This document shows, in pieces, positions 51,634 to 60,432 of a DNA stretch of 64,000 nucleotides. The notes beneath the pieces were generated by a model. That model was not told the DNA's origin. It saw nothing but the letters and a program-made list of their open reading frames with translations, and searched no databases. Source of the DNA: Deltaproteobacteria bacterium (GTDB lineage Bacteria > Myxococcota_A > Polyangia > Polyangiales > Houyiibacteriaceae); contig JAXMNT010000006.1 in NCBI GenBank assembly GCA_034670305.1, positions 128,001-192,000 of the forward strand, in the 5' to 3' direction. The translations under genes and the position numbers were made by a program. The first letter of the stretch is position 1; every line of letters begins with the position of its first letter.

Positions 51634-52034
51634 TACATGGGGATTGTCGCTCCGCGGCTGGGCTCGACCTCCTCGTCGGATGCCTCCTGCGGGGGCCGAC
51701 CGCTCGCTCTTTTACATGGGGATTGTCGCTCCGCGGCTGGGCTCGACCTCCTCGTCGGATGCCTCCTGCGGGGGCCGACCGCTCGCTCCGCTCGACTGCC
51801 CCACCGCTCCGCGACAATCCCGCTCCGCGACAATCCCGCTCCTCGTCGGCTGCGCCTCCTGCGGGGGCGACTGCCCCACCGCGGGGGCCGACCGCTCGCT
51901 CCGCTCGACTGCCCCACCGCTCTTCTACATGGGGATTGTCGCTCCGCGGCTGGGCTCGACCTCCTCGTCGGATGCCTCCTGCGGGGGCCGACCGCTCGCT
52001 CCGCTCGACTGCCCCACCGCTCCGCGACAATCCC
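51634..52034. repeat. Cluster of a 103-bp TIR-bounded MITE/REP-like element
   Basis: Two full copies (51719-51821 and 51932-52034) bounded by GGGATTGTCGC/GCGACAATCCC, one 3'-truncated copy (51640-51709) and shuffled fragments. Confidence 0.85.
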
Positions 52035-52040
52035 GCGCCG

Positions 52041-52682
52041 CTACTCGGTGGGAAAGAAGGCGTCCACCCAGCGGGGGCTCAGCCGGCGGTCTTCGGCCAA
52101 CTTCGCGAGCGCGTCGCGGGTGGTCCTAAGGATGGCGGCGCAGCTCGTGAGCCAGGCTTCGGTCCGCGCTTGATGGCGACCGAGCGCTGCGTACGCCTCG
52201 GCACGATCCGAGAGCGCGACGTGACCGAGCTGCAGCGCAGCGCGCAGGGCGTCGGCATGGGCGTCTCTCAATGTTTGCGCGGCGTGGTCTTTCGAGGCGA
52301 GCCGGCCGAGCACGAGCGTCGCCATCGGGATCTCGCAGGCGAGCCCAAGCGCGATGATCTCTTCGTGCGGTTCGGGGAAGAACTTTTGGTAGGTGTCCGA
52401 CGCCGCGTCGCAGGTCTCGAGCAAGTCGGTCGCGAAGCGATGCAGCCGATGGTCGAGCGCGGCGTCCGCGATCGACACGCGCGCCCGCGCGGCGGTGGCC
52501 ATCGCGCGCAGGTCTTCACCATCGGTCTCGATCGCTTGCCACTCTTCGAGCTCGGCGCGAATGCGCGCGAGCAACCGATGAATGCGCGGGTCGTCGCTCT
52601 GCGTCGCGAGCGCGGCGCCGACGAAGATCAAATCTCCACGCCGGCGAAGCCAGTCGTGCCGCCCGGTGAACGCCCACTTCAC
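52041..52682 (-). CDS. Hypothetical helical protein
   Basis: 213 aa; GTGA overlap with the upstream gene. Confidence 0.65.
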   Translation of the reverse strand: MKWAFTGRHDWLRRRGDLIFVGAALATQSDDPRIHRLLARIRAELEEWQAIETDGEDLRAMATAARARVSIADAALDHRLHRFATDLLETCDAASDTYQKFFPEPHEEIIALGLACEIPMATLVLGRLASKDHAAQTLRDAHADALRAALQLGHVALSDRAEAYAALGRHQARTEAWLTSCAAILRTTRDALAKLAEDRRLSPRWVDAFFPTE

Positions 52683-53719
52683 GAGTCACCCATCATGTCG
52701 AAGATCTTTCCGATCGCGCCGCCGCCCAGGCCACCACCCGCAGAGGGTGCGCTTGGTGTGGCGCTTCCGCCGAACAGACTGCCGAGCTGACCCATGACCG
52801 AACCGGCCATCGACTGAGGCGTCGGCATGCCGCCGCCCATGCCGGGCACGCCGCCCATGCCAGGCATCTGAGGCACCTGCGCGCCCGGTGCCATCGGCGC
52901 CTGCATCTGTGGAGCGGCCGGTGCGTCGCCGGTTGGACTCAGGCCGCCGAGCAACCCGCCGAGCACGCCACCCAGTCCGCCGGTCATCGCGCCGGTCATC
53001 GCGCTGCCCATGCCGCCGCTGCCGCCGCCAGTCATCATCCCGACGAGTCCGCCGCCGCCCATCATGCTTCCGATCGCGCCGCCCATGCCCTGACCCATGA
53101 CGCCACCGTGGGTCGCTCCGCCGGCCGGCACACCAAAGCCGCCCATCTGTGGCGCGCCGCCCGGGGCACCCATCTGAGGTGCGCCCATCGAGGGTGCGCC
53201 CATCTGCGGCCCGCCCATCGTCGGCGCGCCCATCTGTGGTCCCGTCGCGGCGCCGCCACCGGTGAGGCTGCCGAGGTCGAGCCCGTTGCGCATCTTGTCC
53301 CACAGGAAGTCGATGAGCAGCGGCGTCAGGCCCGCGCCGATCGTTCCTGCGACCCGCTGAGGCAGACCCCAGCGCGAGGCGATGACCTGCGCGACGTGGC
53401 CGCCCACGACCCCCTGCAGTCCATCCTTGGCCGCGCCCATCAACCCATTGCCCCGCACGAGACCGCTGACCGCACCGGCCAGGAAGTTGGTCACGTAGTG
53501 GCTGCCGCCGACATCCGTCAACGAGGCCGGCGCGTCGGGAGACGCGGCGGCTGCGGAGCCACCCGGCATCGCGCGTTGCATCGCTTGCGCGGCCGCGGGG
53601 AACGCGGACTGCAAGAGTCCTTGGGCTTGCCCGGGCGGATAGCCTTGGGACTGGAGTTGCGTCATCGCCTGTTGGCCTTGCGGCGCGGACAGGAAGTTCT
53701 GGAAGAGGGAGCCGAGCAT
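52679..53719 (-). CDS. Gly/Met/Pro-rich low-complexity protein
   Basis: Helical N-terminal part, then QMGAP/MGGP repeats. Confidence 0.7.
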   Translation of the reverse strand: MLGSLFQNFLSAPQGQQAMTQLQSQGYPPGQAQGLLQSAFPAAAQAMQRAMPGGSAAAASPDAPASLTDVGGSHYVTNFLAGAVSGLVRGNGLMGAAKDGLQGVVGGHVAQVIASRWGLPQRVAGTIGAGLTPLLIDFLWDKMRNGLDLGSLTGGGAATGPQMGAPTMGGPQMGAPSMGAPQMGAPGGAPQMGGFGVPAGGATHGGVMGQGMGGAIGSMMGGGGLVGMMTGGGSGGMGSAMTGAMTGGLGGVLGGLLGGLSPTGDAPAAPQMQAPMAPGAQVPQMPGMGGVPGMGGGMPTPQSMAGSVMGQLGSLFGGSATPSAPSAGGGLGGGAIGKIFDMMGDS

Positions 53720-53738
53720 CGCCCGATGCTAGCAGGTG

Positions 53739-54428
53739 CTACACGACGAGTTTGTAGCCGACCCCGTAGACCGTCAGAATGTGCCGCGGCTCGTTGGGCA
53801 CCGGCTCGATCTTCTTGCGGAGCTTCACGATGAAGTTGTCGACGGTGCGGTTGGTCGGGTTGGCCTCCACGCCCCACACCCGTTCGAGAATTTCGTCGCG
53901 GGACACCGGCGTGCCGTGCTGCGAGAAGAGCAACTTGAGCAGCTCCACTTCGTAGAAGGAGAGGGCGGACTCTTCGTCGCCGCGCAGCAGCCGTTGGGTG
54001 CCCGGGTCGATCGTGCAATCGCCGATCTCGAACGGGGTCGCGACCGGCGCGGGACCGCGCGACGCGCGGCGCAGGAGTGCGCGGATGCGGGCGACCAGTT
54101 CCCCCACCGCGAACGGTTTGGTCACGTAGTCGTCCGCGCCGACCCCGAGCCCGCGGATCTTGTCCGTCTCCTGGCTGCGCGCGGTCAGCATGAGAATGGG
54201 CACGTGCGCGTTCTTCTCCCGCACCCGCTCGCAGACCACGTAGCCGTTCATGTCCGGAAGCATCAGATCCAGAAGGATGCAGTCCGGATCTTCGCGCGCC
54301 GCGATCTCGACCGCGTCTTCTCCGGTCTTCGCGTGCAGGACCACGAACCCTTCGAACTCCAGCGTGTCGACGAGCCCCAGCGCAAGCGCAGGGTCGTCCT
54401 CCACGATGAGTATCGTGCGCGGGTCCAC
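53739..54428 (-). CDS. OmpR/PhoB-family response regulator
   Basis: IVEDD, LLDLMLP, GADDYVTKPF, RTVDNFIVKLRKK, TVYGVGY. Confidence 0.93.
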   Translation of the reverse strand: MDPRTILIVEDDPALALGLVDTLEFEGFVVLHAKTGEDAVEIAAREDPDCILLDLMLPDMNGYVVCERVREKNAHVPILMLTARSQETDKIRGLGVGADDYVTKPFAVGELVARIRALLRRASRGPAPVATPFEIGDCTIDPGTQRLLRGDEESALSFYEVELLKLLFSQHGTPVSRDEILERVWGVEANPTNRTVDNFIVKLRKKIEPVPNEPRHILTVYGVGYKLVV

Positions 54429-54590
54429 CGCCGGCCATGGAACCACAGGACGCGGCCCTCGGCAGGGGAAATCTCGCCGTCCGTTCGAGGCTTGGCCCCT
54501 CGACCGACTGACTTCGCTATGGGTCGCAAATGCGGCCCACCTACTGCCGCCTACATTGAAGCGGACAAGGGGACCTTGTAGAATCCAGGC

Positions 54591-57500
54591 ATGGATGCGC
54601 GGTGGTGGATGCCCGCAGTCCTCACGGGTTTGGTGGCATGCAGTGGTCAGGCGTTGGTCGGAGGACCAGAGCCCGATGCCGCGTTCGACGCGCCGGTGAT
54701 GACGTGCGGTGAGACGCAGACTGCGTGCGGGGAAGAGTGCGTCGATCTGCTCGACGACCCGGATCACTGCGGCGCCTGCGATGCAGCATGCGCGGAAGGG
54801 CAACTCTGCGTTGGGGGCATGTGCGCGGTGGAGTGCCCGGCCGGTCAGATCGTCTGCGGCGATCGCTGCGTCGATGTACGGAGCGACCCGCTGCATTGCG
54901 GCGCGTGCGACGTGGCCTGCGACGAAGGGCTGCTCTGCGGCGATGGGATGTGCGGGGTCACCTGCGGCACGCTCACCCTCTGCACGGACGAAGCGGGCAG
55001 CGAGTACTGCGCGGATCTGACGACTTCGCGGGACGACTGCGGCGACTGCGGCCTCGGCTGCGGTCCCGGCGAGGTCTGTGTCGACGCGCTCTGCGAGATC
55101 TCCTGCCCCATCGGCCAGGTCCCGTGCGACGGGCTCTGCGTGGATCTCGGATCCGACCGCACCCACTGTGGTGCGTGTGGCGCCAGCTGCGCGGAAGGCA
55201 CCGTGTGCAGCGCGGGCACGTGTGAGACCTCCTGCGGAGGCGGCCTCACCGAGTGCGACGGCGTGTGCCGCGACCTGACGAGTGACCTCGGGCACTGCGG
55301 AGGTTGCGCGAACGCGTGTGCGACCGGCGAGGTCTGTTCGCTCGGGGTCTGCGAGACGGCGTGCAGCTCGACGCTGACCGACTGTGGCGGCGTGTGCCGC
55401 GACTTGGGGACCGACCGGCGAAACTGCGGCGGCTGCGACACGATCTGTGCGGATGGCGAAGTCTGTTCGGGCGGGGTGTGTGAGGTGTCGTGCGGCGGTG
55501 GCCTGAGCGAGTGCGATGGCGTGTGCCGCGACCTGACGAACGACCGTTTCCACTGCGGCGCCTGCAGCAGCGGGTGCGCGTCGGGCACCGTGTGCAGCGC
55601 GTCGACCTGCGAAGCGTCGTGCGGCGCGGGCCTGACCGACTGCGGTGGGTCGTGTCGCGACCTCGCGGTCGATCCCACCAACTGCGGCGGATGCGGCGTC
55701 GCGTGCGGCGCGCTCGAGGTCTGCTCGGCCGGCGTGTGTCAGATCTCGTGCGGCGGACTGACCGATTGCGGCGGCGTCTGTCGCGACACCGACACCGATC
55801 CGGGCAACTGCGGCGGATGCGGCACGAGCTGCGCGGCCGGTGAGGTGTGCACTGGCGCGGCGTGCGAGGTGACCTGCGGCGCAGGGCAGACGGAGTGCGA
55901 CGGCGTGTGCCGTGACCTCGCGACGAACCGGTTGCACTGTGGCGGATGCGACGTCGCGTGCGACACCGGTGGCATCTGCGCGAGCGGCGTGTGCGAAGTG
56001 TCGTGCGGCGCGAGCCTGACCGATTGCAGCGGCGCATGCCGCGACCTCGACAACGACCGGCTTCACTGCGGCGGATGCGACGCGGCCTGCGGACCGGGTC
56101 AGGTCTGCGCGGGTGGCGTGTGTTCGGTGAGCTGCACCCCGGGTCTGACGGATTGTGGCGGCGTGTGTCGGGACCTCGACACCGATCCGCTGGCCTGTGG
56201 CGCGTGCGGTGCGACGTGTGTCGCGGGCACTGCCTGCGTCGCCGGCGCGTGTGAGGTCTCCTGCCCCGCGGGTCAAACCAACTGCAGCGGAACGTGCCGC
56301 AGCCTCGACGACGATCGACTGCACTGCGGTGGTTGCGGCATCGCCTGTGGCTCCGGAGAGATCTGCGACACGGGCGTGTGCGTGCTCAGCTGTCCGGCCG
56401 GACAGACGAACTGCGGCGGCGTGTGTCGCGACGTCACCAACGATGTGCTCGCGTGCGGGGCGTGCGGCACGACGTGTGGCGCCGGCGAACTGTGCAGCGG
56501 CGGGGTGTGCACCGTCAGTTGCGGCGCAGGCCTGAGCGAGTGCAGCGGGGTCTGCCGCGATCTCTCCACCGACAGCAACCACTGCGGCGCGTGCGACGCG
56601 GGATGCCCGGCCGGGCAGCTGTGCAGCGGGGGGACGTGCGCGGTCTCATGCGGTGCCGGTCTCTCGAACTGCGGCGGCGTCTGCCGGGACCAGGACACCG
56701 ATCGTTTTCATTGCGGCGGGTGCGGGGTGGCGTGCGCGGACGGTGAGGTCTGCAGTGCGGGCGCGTGTACCGTCAGCTGCGGCGGCGGTCTGTCCAACTG
56801 CAGTGGCGTCTGCCGGGACCTGGCGAACGACCGGCTTCATTGCGGGGGTTGTGGGCTGTCGTGCAGCGCCGGTGAAGTCTGCAGCGGCGGCGTGTGCACG
56901 GTGAGCTGTGGCTCGGGACTGACCGACTGCGGCGGCGTCTGTCGCGATCTCTCCACCGACCGCAACCACTGCGGCGGGTGCGGGGTGCTGTGCGGCGCGG
57001 GCGAGCTCTGTTCGGGTGGCGTGTGCCAGGTCTCGTGCACCGGCGGGCAGGTGGATTGCGGTGGCGTGTGCCGCGACACGGACACCGATCGGTTCCATTG
57101 CGGTGGCTGCGGCGTCTCTTGCAGTGCTGGCGAGGTGTGCAGCAGCGGCGCGTGCACCGTGAGCTGCGGTGGCGGACTCTCGAACTGCGGCGGGGTCTGC
57201 CGAGACCTGGCGAACGACCGGCTGCATTGCGGCGGCTGTGGCATGGCGTGCGGCGATGGCGAAGTGTGCAGCGGCGGTGTGTGCACGGTCAGCTGCGGCG
57301 CCGGGCTGACCGACTGCGGTGGCGTGTGCCGTGATCTCTCGACCGATCGCAACCACTGCGGTGGATGCGGCATGCTCTGCGGCGCGGGCGAGCTCTGCTC
57401 CGGTGGCGCATGCTCGGTGTCTTGCACCGGCGGCCAAGTGGACTGTGGGGGCGTGTGCCGGGACACGGACACCGACCGGTTCCATTGCGGCGGCTGCGGC

Positions 57501-58523
57501 GTCAGCTGCAGCGCCGGAGAAGTGTGTGCGGCGGGGGCGTGTGCGGTGAGTTGTGGCGGTGGGCTCTCCAACTGTGGCGGCGTGTGTCGAGACCTCGCGA
57601 ATGATCGACTTCACTGCGGCGGCTGCGGTGTGATGTGCGCCGCCGGCGAGGTCTGCAGCAGCGGCGTGTGCACGGTCAGCTGCGGCGCGGGGCTCACGGA
57701 CTGCGGGGGTGTGTGCCGCGACCTCGGCACCGACCGCAACCATTGCGGAAGCTGCGGCACGCTGTGCGCGGCAGGTCAGGTCTGCAGCGGAGGGGGCTGC
57801 ACGGTCAGCTGCACCGCCGGACTCGTCAACTGCGGCGGCACTTGCCGCGACCTGAGCACCGATCGCTTCAACTGCGGTGGCTGCGGTGTCGGGTGTGGCG
57901 CCGGCCAAGTGTGCAGCGGTGGCAGTTGCACGGTCAGCTGCGGGGGTGGGCTCACCAACTGCAGCGGCGTGTGCCGGGACTTGACCACCGACGCGAACCA
58001 CTGCGGCGGATGCGGCATGGCGTGCGGGGCGGGCCAGCGGTGCAACGCCAGCAGCTGCGAGTTGAGCTGTCCGGGCGGTCAGGTGGCGTGCGGCGGGGTC
58101 TGCCTCGACAGCGCCACCGAGTCGTGTGCGGCGGGCACCGACCTCGGCACCCTGGTCGCGGGATCGAGCACGACGACCTCCCTCGAGACCTTGCCGGATG
58201 GCGGGCAAGAGGACTGGTACCTCGTCCGGTTCCCGATGAACCCAGACTTCCGCCAGCACGGCACCGGCAACGCCCGCATCAGCTTTGCCACGAACGACGG
58301 CAGCGCGTTCCGCATCCAGCTCTACAGCAACTGCACGCCGACCCCGCTGCCCGGTGAAGCGGGGGCGCTGCGAACGTCCTGGAACTTCCTGGACACCTGC
58401 ACGACGTTCGCGAACAACTGTTCGACGCGCGCGGTGGCGTGGCCGAACGTGGTCCGCATCCGAGTGACCCGAACGAGCGCCGCCACGTTCTGTGGCGGGT
58501 ACCGGTTGAGGCTCGAACGTTGA
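54591..58523 (+). CDS. Large lipoprotein with 26 tandem 8-Cys repeats of about 43 aa and a unique C-terminal head domain
   Basis: LVAC lipobox; consensus CGxGLTxCGGVCRDLxxDxxHCGGCGxxCxxGEVCSxGVCxVS; non-repetitive terminal region of about 130 aa containing EDWY. Confidence 0.9.
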   Translation: MDARWWMPAVLTGLVACSGQALVGGPEPDAAFDAPVMTCGETQTACGEECVDLLDDPDHCGACDAACAEGQLCVGGMCAVECPAGQIVCGDRCVDVRSDPLHCGACDVACDEGLLCGDGMCGVTCGTLTLCTDEAGSEYCADLTTSRDDCGDCGLGCGPGEVCVDALCEISCPIGQVPCDGLCVDLGSDRTHCGACGASCAEGTVCSAGTCETSCGGGLTECDGVCRDLTSDLGHCGGCANACATGEVCSLGVCETACSSTLTDCGGVCRDLGTDRRNCGGCDTICADGEVCSGGVCEVSCGGGLSECDGVCRDLTNDRFHCGACSSGCASGTVCSASTCEASCGAGLTDCGGSCRDLAVDPTNCGGCGVACGALEVCSAGVCQISCGGLTDCGGVCRDTDTDPGNCGGCGTSCAAGEVCTGAACEVTCGAGQTECDGVCRDLATNRLHCGGCDVACDTGGICASGVCEVSCGASLTDCSGACRDLDNDRLHCGGCDAACGPGQVCAGGVCSVSCTPGLTDCGGVCRDLDTDPLACGACGATCVAGTACVAGACEVSCPAGQTNCSGTCRSLDDDRLHCGGCGIACGSGEICDTGVCVLSCPAGQTNCGGVCRDVTNDVLACGACGTTCGAGELCSGGVCTVSCGAGLSECSGVCRDLSTDSNHCGACDAGCPAGQLCSGGTCAVSCGAGLSNCGGVCRDQDTDRFHCGGCGVACADGEVCSAGACTVSCGGGLSNCSGVCRDLANDRLHCGGCGLSCSAGEVCSGGVCTVSCGSGLTDCGGVCRDLSTDRNHCGGCGVLCGAGELCSGGVCQVSCTGGQVDCGGVCRDTDTDRFHCGGCGVSCSAGEVCSSGACTVSCGGGLSNCGGVCRDLANDRLHCGGCGMACGDGEVCSGGVCTVSCGAGLTDCGGVCRDLSTDRNHCGGCGMLCGAGELCSGGACSVSCTGGQVDCGGVCRDTDTDRFHCGGCGVSCSAGEVCAAGACAVSCGGGLSNCGGVCRDLANDRLHCGGCGVMCAAGEVCSSGVCTVSCGAGLTDCGGVCRDLGTDRNHCGSCGTLCAAGQVCSGGGCTVSCTAGLVNCGGTCRDLSTDRFNCGGCGVGCGAGQVCSGGSCTVSCGGGLTNCSGVCRDLTTDANHCGGCGMACGAGQRCNASSCELSCPGGQVACGGVCLDSATESCAAGTDLGTLVAGSSTTTSLETLPDGGQEDWYLVRFPMNPDFRQHGTGNARISFATNDGSAFRIQLYSNCTPTPLPGEAGALRTSWNFLDTCTTFANNCSTRAVAWPNVVRIRVTRTSAATFCGGYRLRLER

Positions 58524-59710
58524 CCCGTGCGTGGGCCACGGCGGTGGTCGGAATGTTCGTGCTGACTGCGGCTCCCGCACTGGCGCAGGACACCGTGGGC
58601 GACGAAGGACTGGTCGCGGTCTTCCACCTCGAGGGTGGCGCGGACGTCATGTTGTCCGACACCCTCGACGAGCAGTTCGGGTGGGGCGGGCACGTCGGTG
58701 CGCGGTTCGGTTTGGAAGTCGTGGGGCCGTTGTCGATCCAGGTGGGCTTCGAGAGTCTCTGGTTCCCAGTGGAGTCGCAGGACCCGGGCAACCTCTATCA
58801 GATCGCGCTCGGCGCGCGCGGCTACTTCCCGGTGACCGATGGCGCGCTCGGGGGGCCGTGGGTGGACGCGAACGCAGGAATCGGCATCACCGGCGAGCTC
58901 GTGCGTTTCGTCTTCGATGTCGGGGCGGGCTGGGACTTCTTTCCCCATCCCAAGTTCGGGGTGGGTCCGTACGTGCGCTACATGCAGATCGTGCAGCCGA
59001 ACGACGAACCGCTCGGGACCGATGCACGCATGCTTGGCTTTGGCGTGCACCTCACCGCGCGGCTCGGACTTCAATCGCCCCCGGCACCGGTCGAACGGAT
59101 CGAACGCGTCGTCGAAGCGCCGGAGGACCCGGACTCCGATGGCGACGGAATGAGCGACTCGCGCGACGCGTGCCCCTCCTCGGCGGAGGACATGGATGGA
59201 GTGCAGGACGACGACGGCTGCCCCGAACGGGACGCCGACTCCGATGGCATCGCCGACGAAGACGACCGCTGCCCGGAGCTGGCGGAGAGCCGGAACGGGT
59301 TCGAGGACGAAGACGGTTGTCCGGACGAAGCACCGGCACCGGAGCCCATCGCGAACCCGCGCGAGCGCGCTGGTGAACCGCTCGAGCCGACGGTGCGGTT
59401 CCGGGTCGGGACCGACCGCGTCTCGCCCCGTTTCCGGGCGGAGATCCAGGCGGTCTGTGAAGTCGCGGCAGAGAACCCCGAGTCGATCATCCGTGTCATC
59501 GGCCACGCCGACGAACAGGGCAGCGCCGCTGCGAACCACCGACTCGGAGCCCAGCGCGCGGGCGCGGTCGCCGAGCAGCTCGTGATCTGCGGCGTCTCGC
59601 CCACCCGACTTCACAGCGTCTCTTACGGCGACACCCGTCCCACCTGCGCCGACGACACCGTCGACTGCCACCTCGACAACCGCCGCGTCCACTTCGAACT
59701 GGTGCGCTGA
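58520..59710 (+). CDS. OmpA-family protein: beta-barrel, TSP3 repeats, OmpA C-terminal domain
   Basis: TTG start overlapping the upstream TGA; signal peptide ending ALA-Q; DSDGDG repeats; IGHAD...QRA...NRRVHF. Confidence 0.88.
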   Translation: MTRAWATAVVGMFVLTAAPALAQDTVGDEGLVAVFHLEGGADVMLSDTLDEQFGWGGHVGARFGLEVVGPLSIQVGFESLWFPVESQDPGNLYQIALGARGYFPVTDGALGGPWVDANAGIGITGELVRFVFDVGAGWDFFPHPKFGVGPYVRYMQIVQPNDEPLGTDARMLGFGVHLTARLGLQSPPAPVERIERVVEAPEDPDSDGDGMSDSRDACPSSAEDMDGVQDDDGCPERDADSDGIADEDDRCPELAESRNGFEDEDGCPDEAPAPEPIANPRERAGEPLEPTVRFRVGTDRVSPRFRAEIQAVCEVAAENPESIIRVIGHADEQGSAAANHRLGAQRAGAVAEQLVICGVSPTRLHSVSYGDTRPTCADDTVDCHLDNRRVHFELVR

Positions 59711-59790
59711 CGCCCGCTGGCTCCGGTAGCCTCCACCTCCCGGGTTTCGGCACCGGATCTGCGAGACGCGTCCGCGATGAAGCGCAGATG

Positions 59791-59940
59791 GCCAGCAGCA
59801 GAGGCAGCGGCAGCTGCAGCGGCAGCGGCATTGGCAGCGGCAGCGGCAGAGACAGCGGCAGCGGCAGCGGCAGCGGCAGCTACAGCGGCAGCGGCAGCGG
59901 CAGCGGCAGCGGCAGCGGCAGCGGCAGCGACAGCGACAGC
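59791..59940. repeat. (GCAGCG)n hexamer tract
   Basis: Seen directly; about 24 units. Confidence 0.9.
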
Positions 59941-60196
59941 CCATGCTCTCCTTCGGAGTCGCACGGTTTGTAGCCTCTCCTGCGGAAGTCGGCTCCTTCG
60001 TCCTTCGGACTCGGAGTGGCAGGGGTGGGCTTGCTGGCTCGGCGGCAACGTGTGGATGCGACGGAACTCCCCCCCACTCCCCCACAACTCCCCCCAACTC
60101 TCCCGAAACGAACCAGGAGCCAACGAGCACCACGCATCCAGCAGGAGAGCGGCGCGTGCGAGCACAAGGACAGGGGGGGGGTGTTTGGAGAACAAA

Positions 60197-60415
60197 GCCG
60201 AAGCCGACGCCGATGCCGATGCCGAAGCCGAAGCCGAAGCCGAAGCCGAAGCCGAAGCCGAAGCCGAAGCCGAAGCCGAATCCGAATCCGAAGCCGAAGC
60301 CGATGCCGATGCCGATGCCGAAGCCGATGCCGAAGCCGATGCCGATGCCGATGCCGATGCCGAAGCCGAAGCCGAGGCCGAAGCCGAAGCCGATCGTTCG
60401 GGCACGGGCACGGGG
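60197..60415. repeat. About 33 units of GCCGAN followed by (GGGCAC)x2 and GGGG
   Basis: Seen directly; ends about 18 nt from the gpsA stop. Confidence 0.95.
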
Positions 60416-60432
60416 ACTGAGGCCCTGGCGCC

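Noticed and set aside
51634-52034. CRISPR array
   Set aside because: Units are about 100 bp with terminal inverted repeats and no unique spacers; no cas genes are present.
54705-58068. Multiheme cytochrome or ferredoxin from the many CxxC motifs
   Set aside because: The His precedes the motif (HCGGC) rather than forming CxxCH; the exported 8-Cys repeat fits disulfide-bonded modules.
58322-59944. Minus-strand poly(Cys-Arg) ORF starting at the ATG at 59944 after AAGGAG
   Set aside because: The spacing from the ribosome binding site is only 3 nt, and the frame runs antisense through the whole OmpA gene.
60065-60104. MraZ-box array
   Set aside because: The 10-bp G-rich phasing resembles GTGGG repeats, but the match is loose and no mraZ or dcw genes are adjacent.
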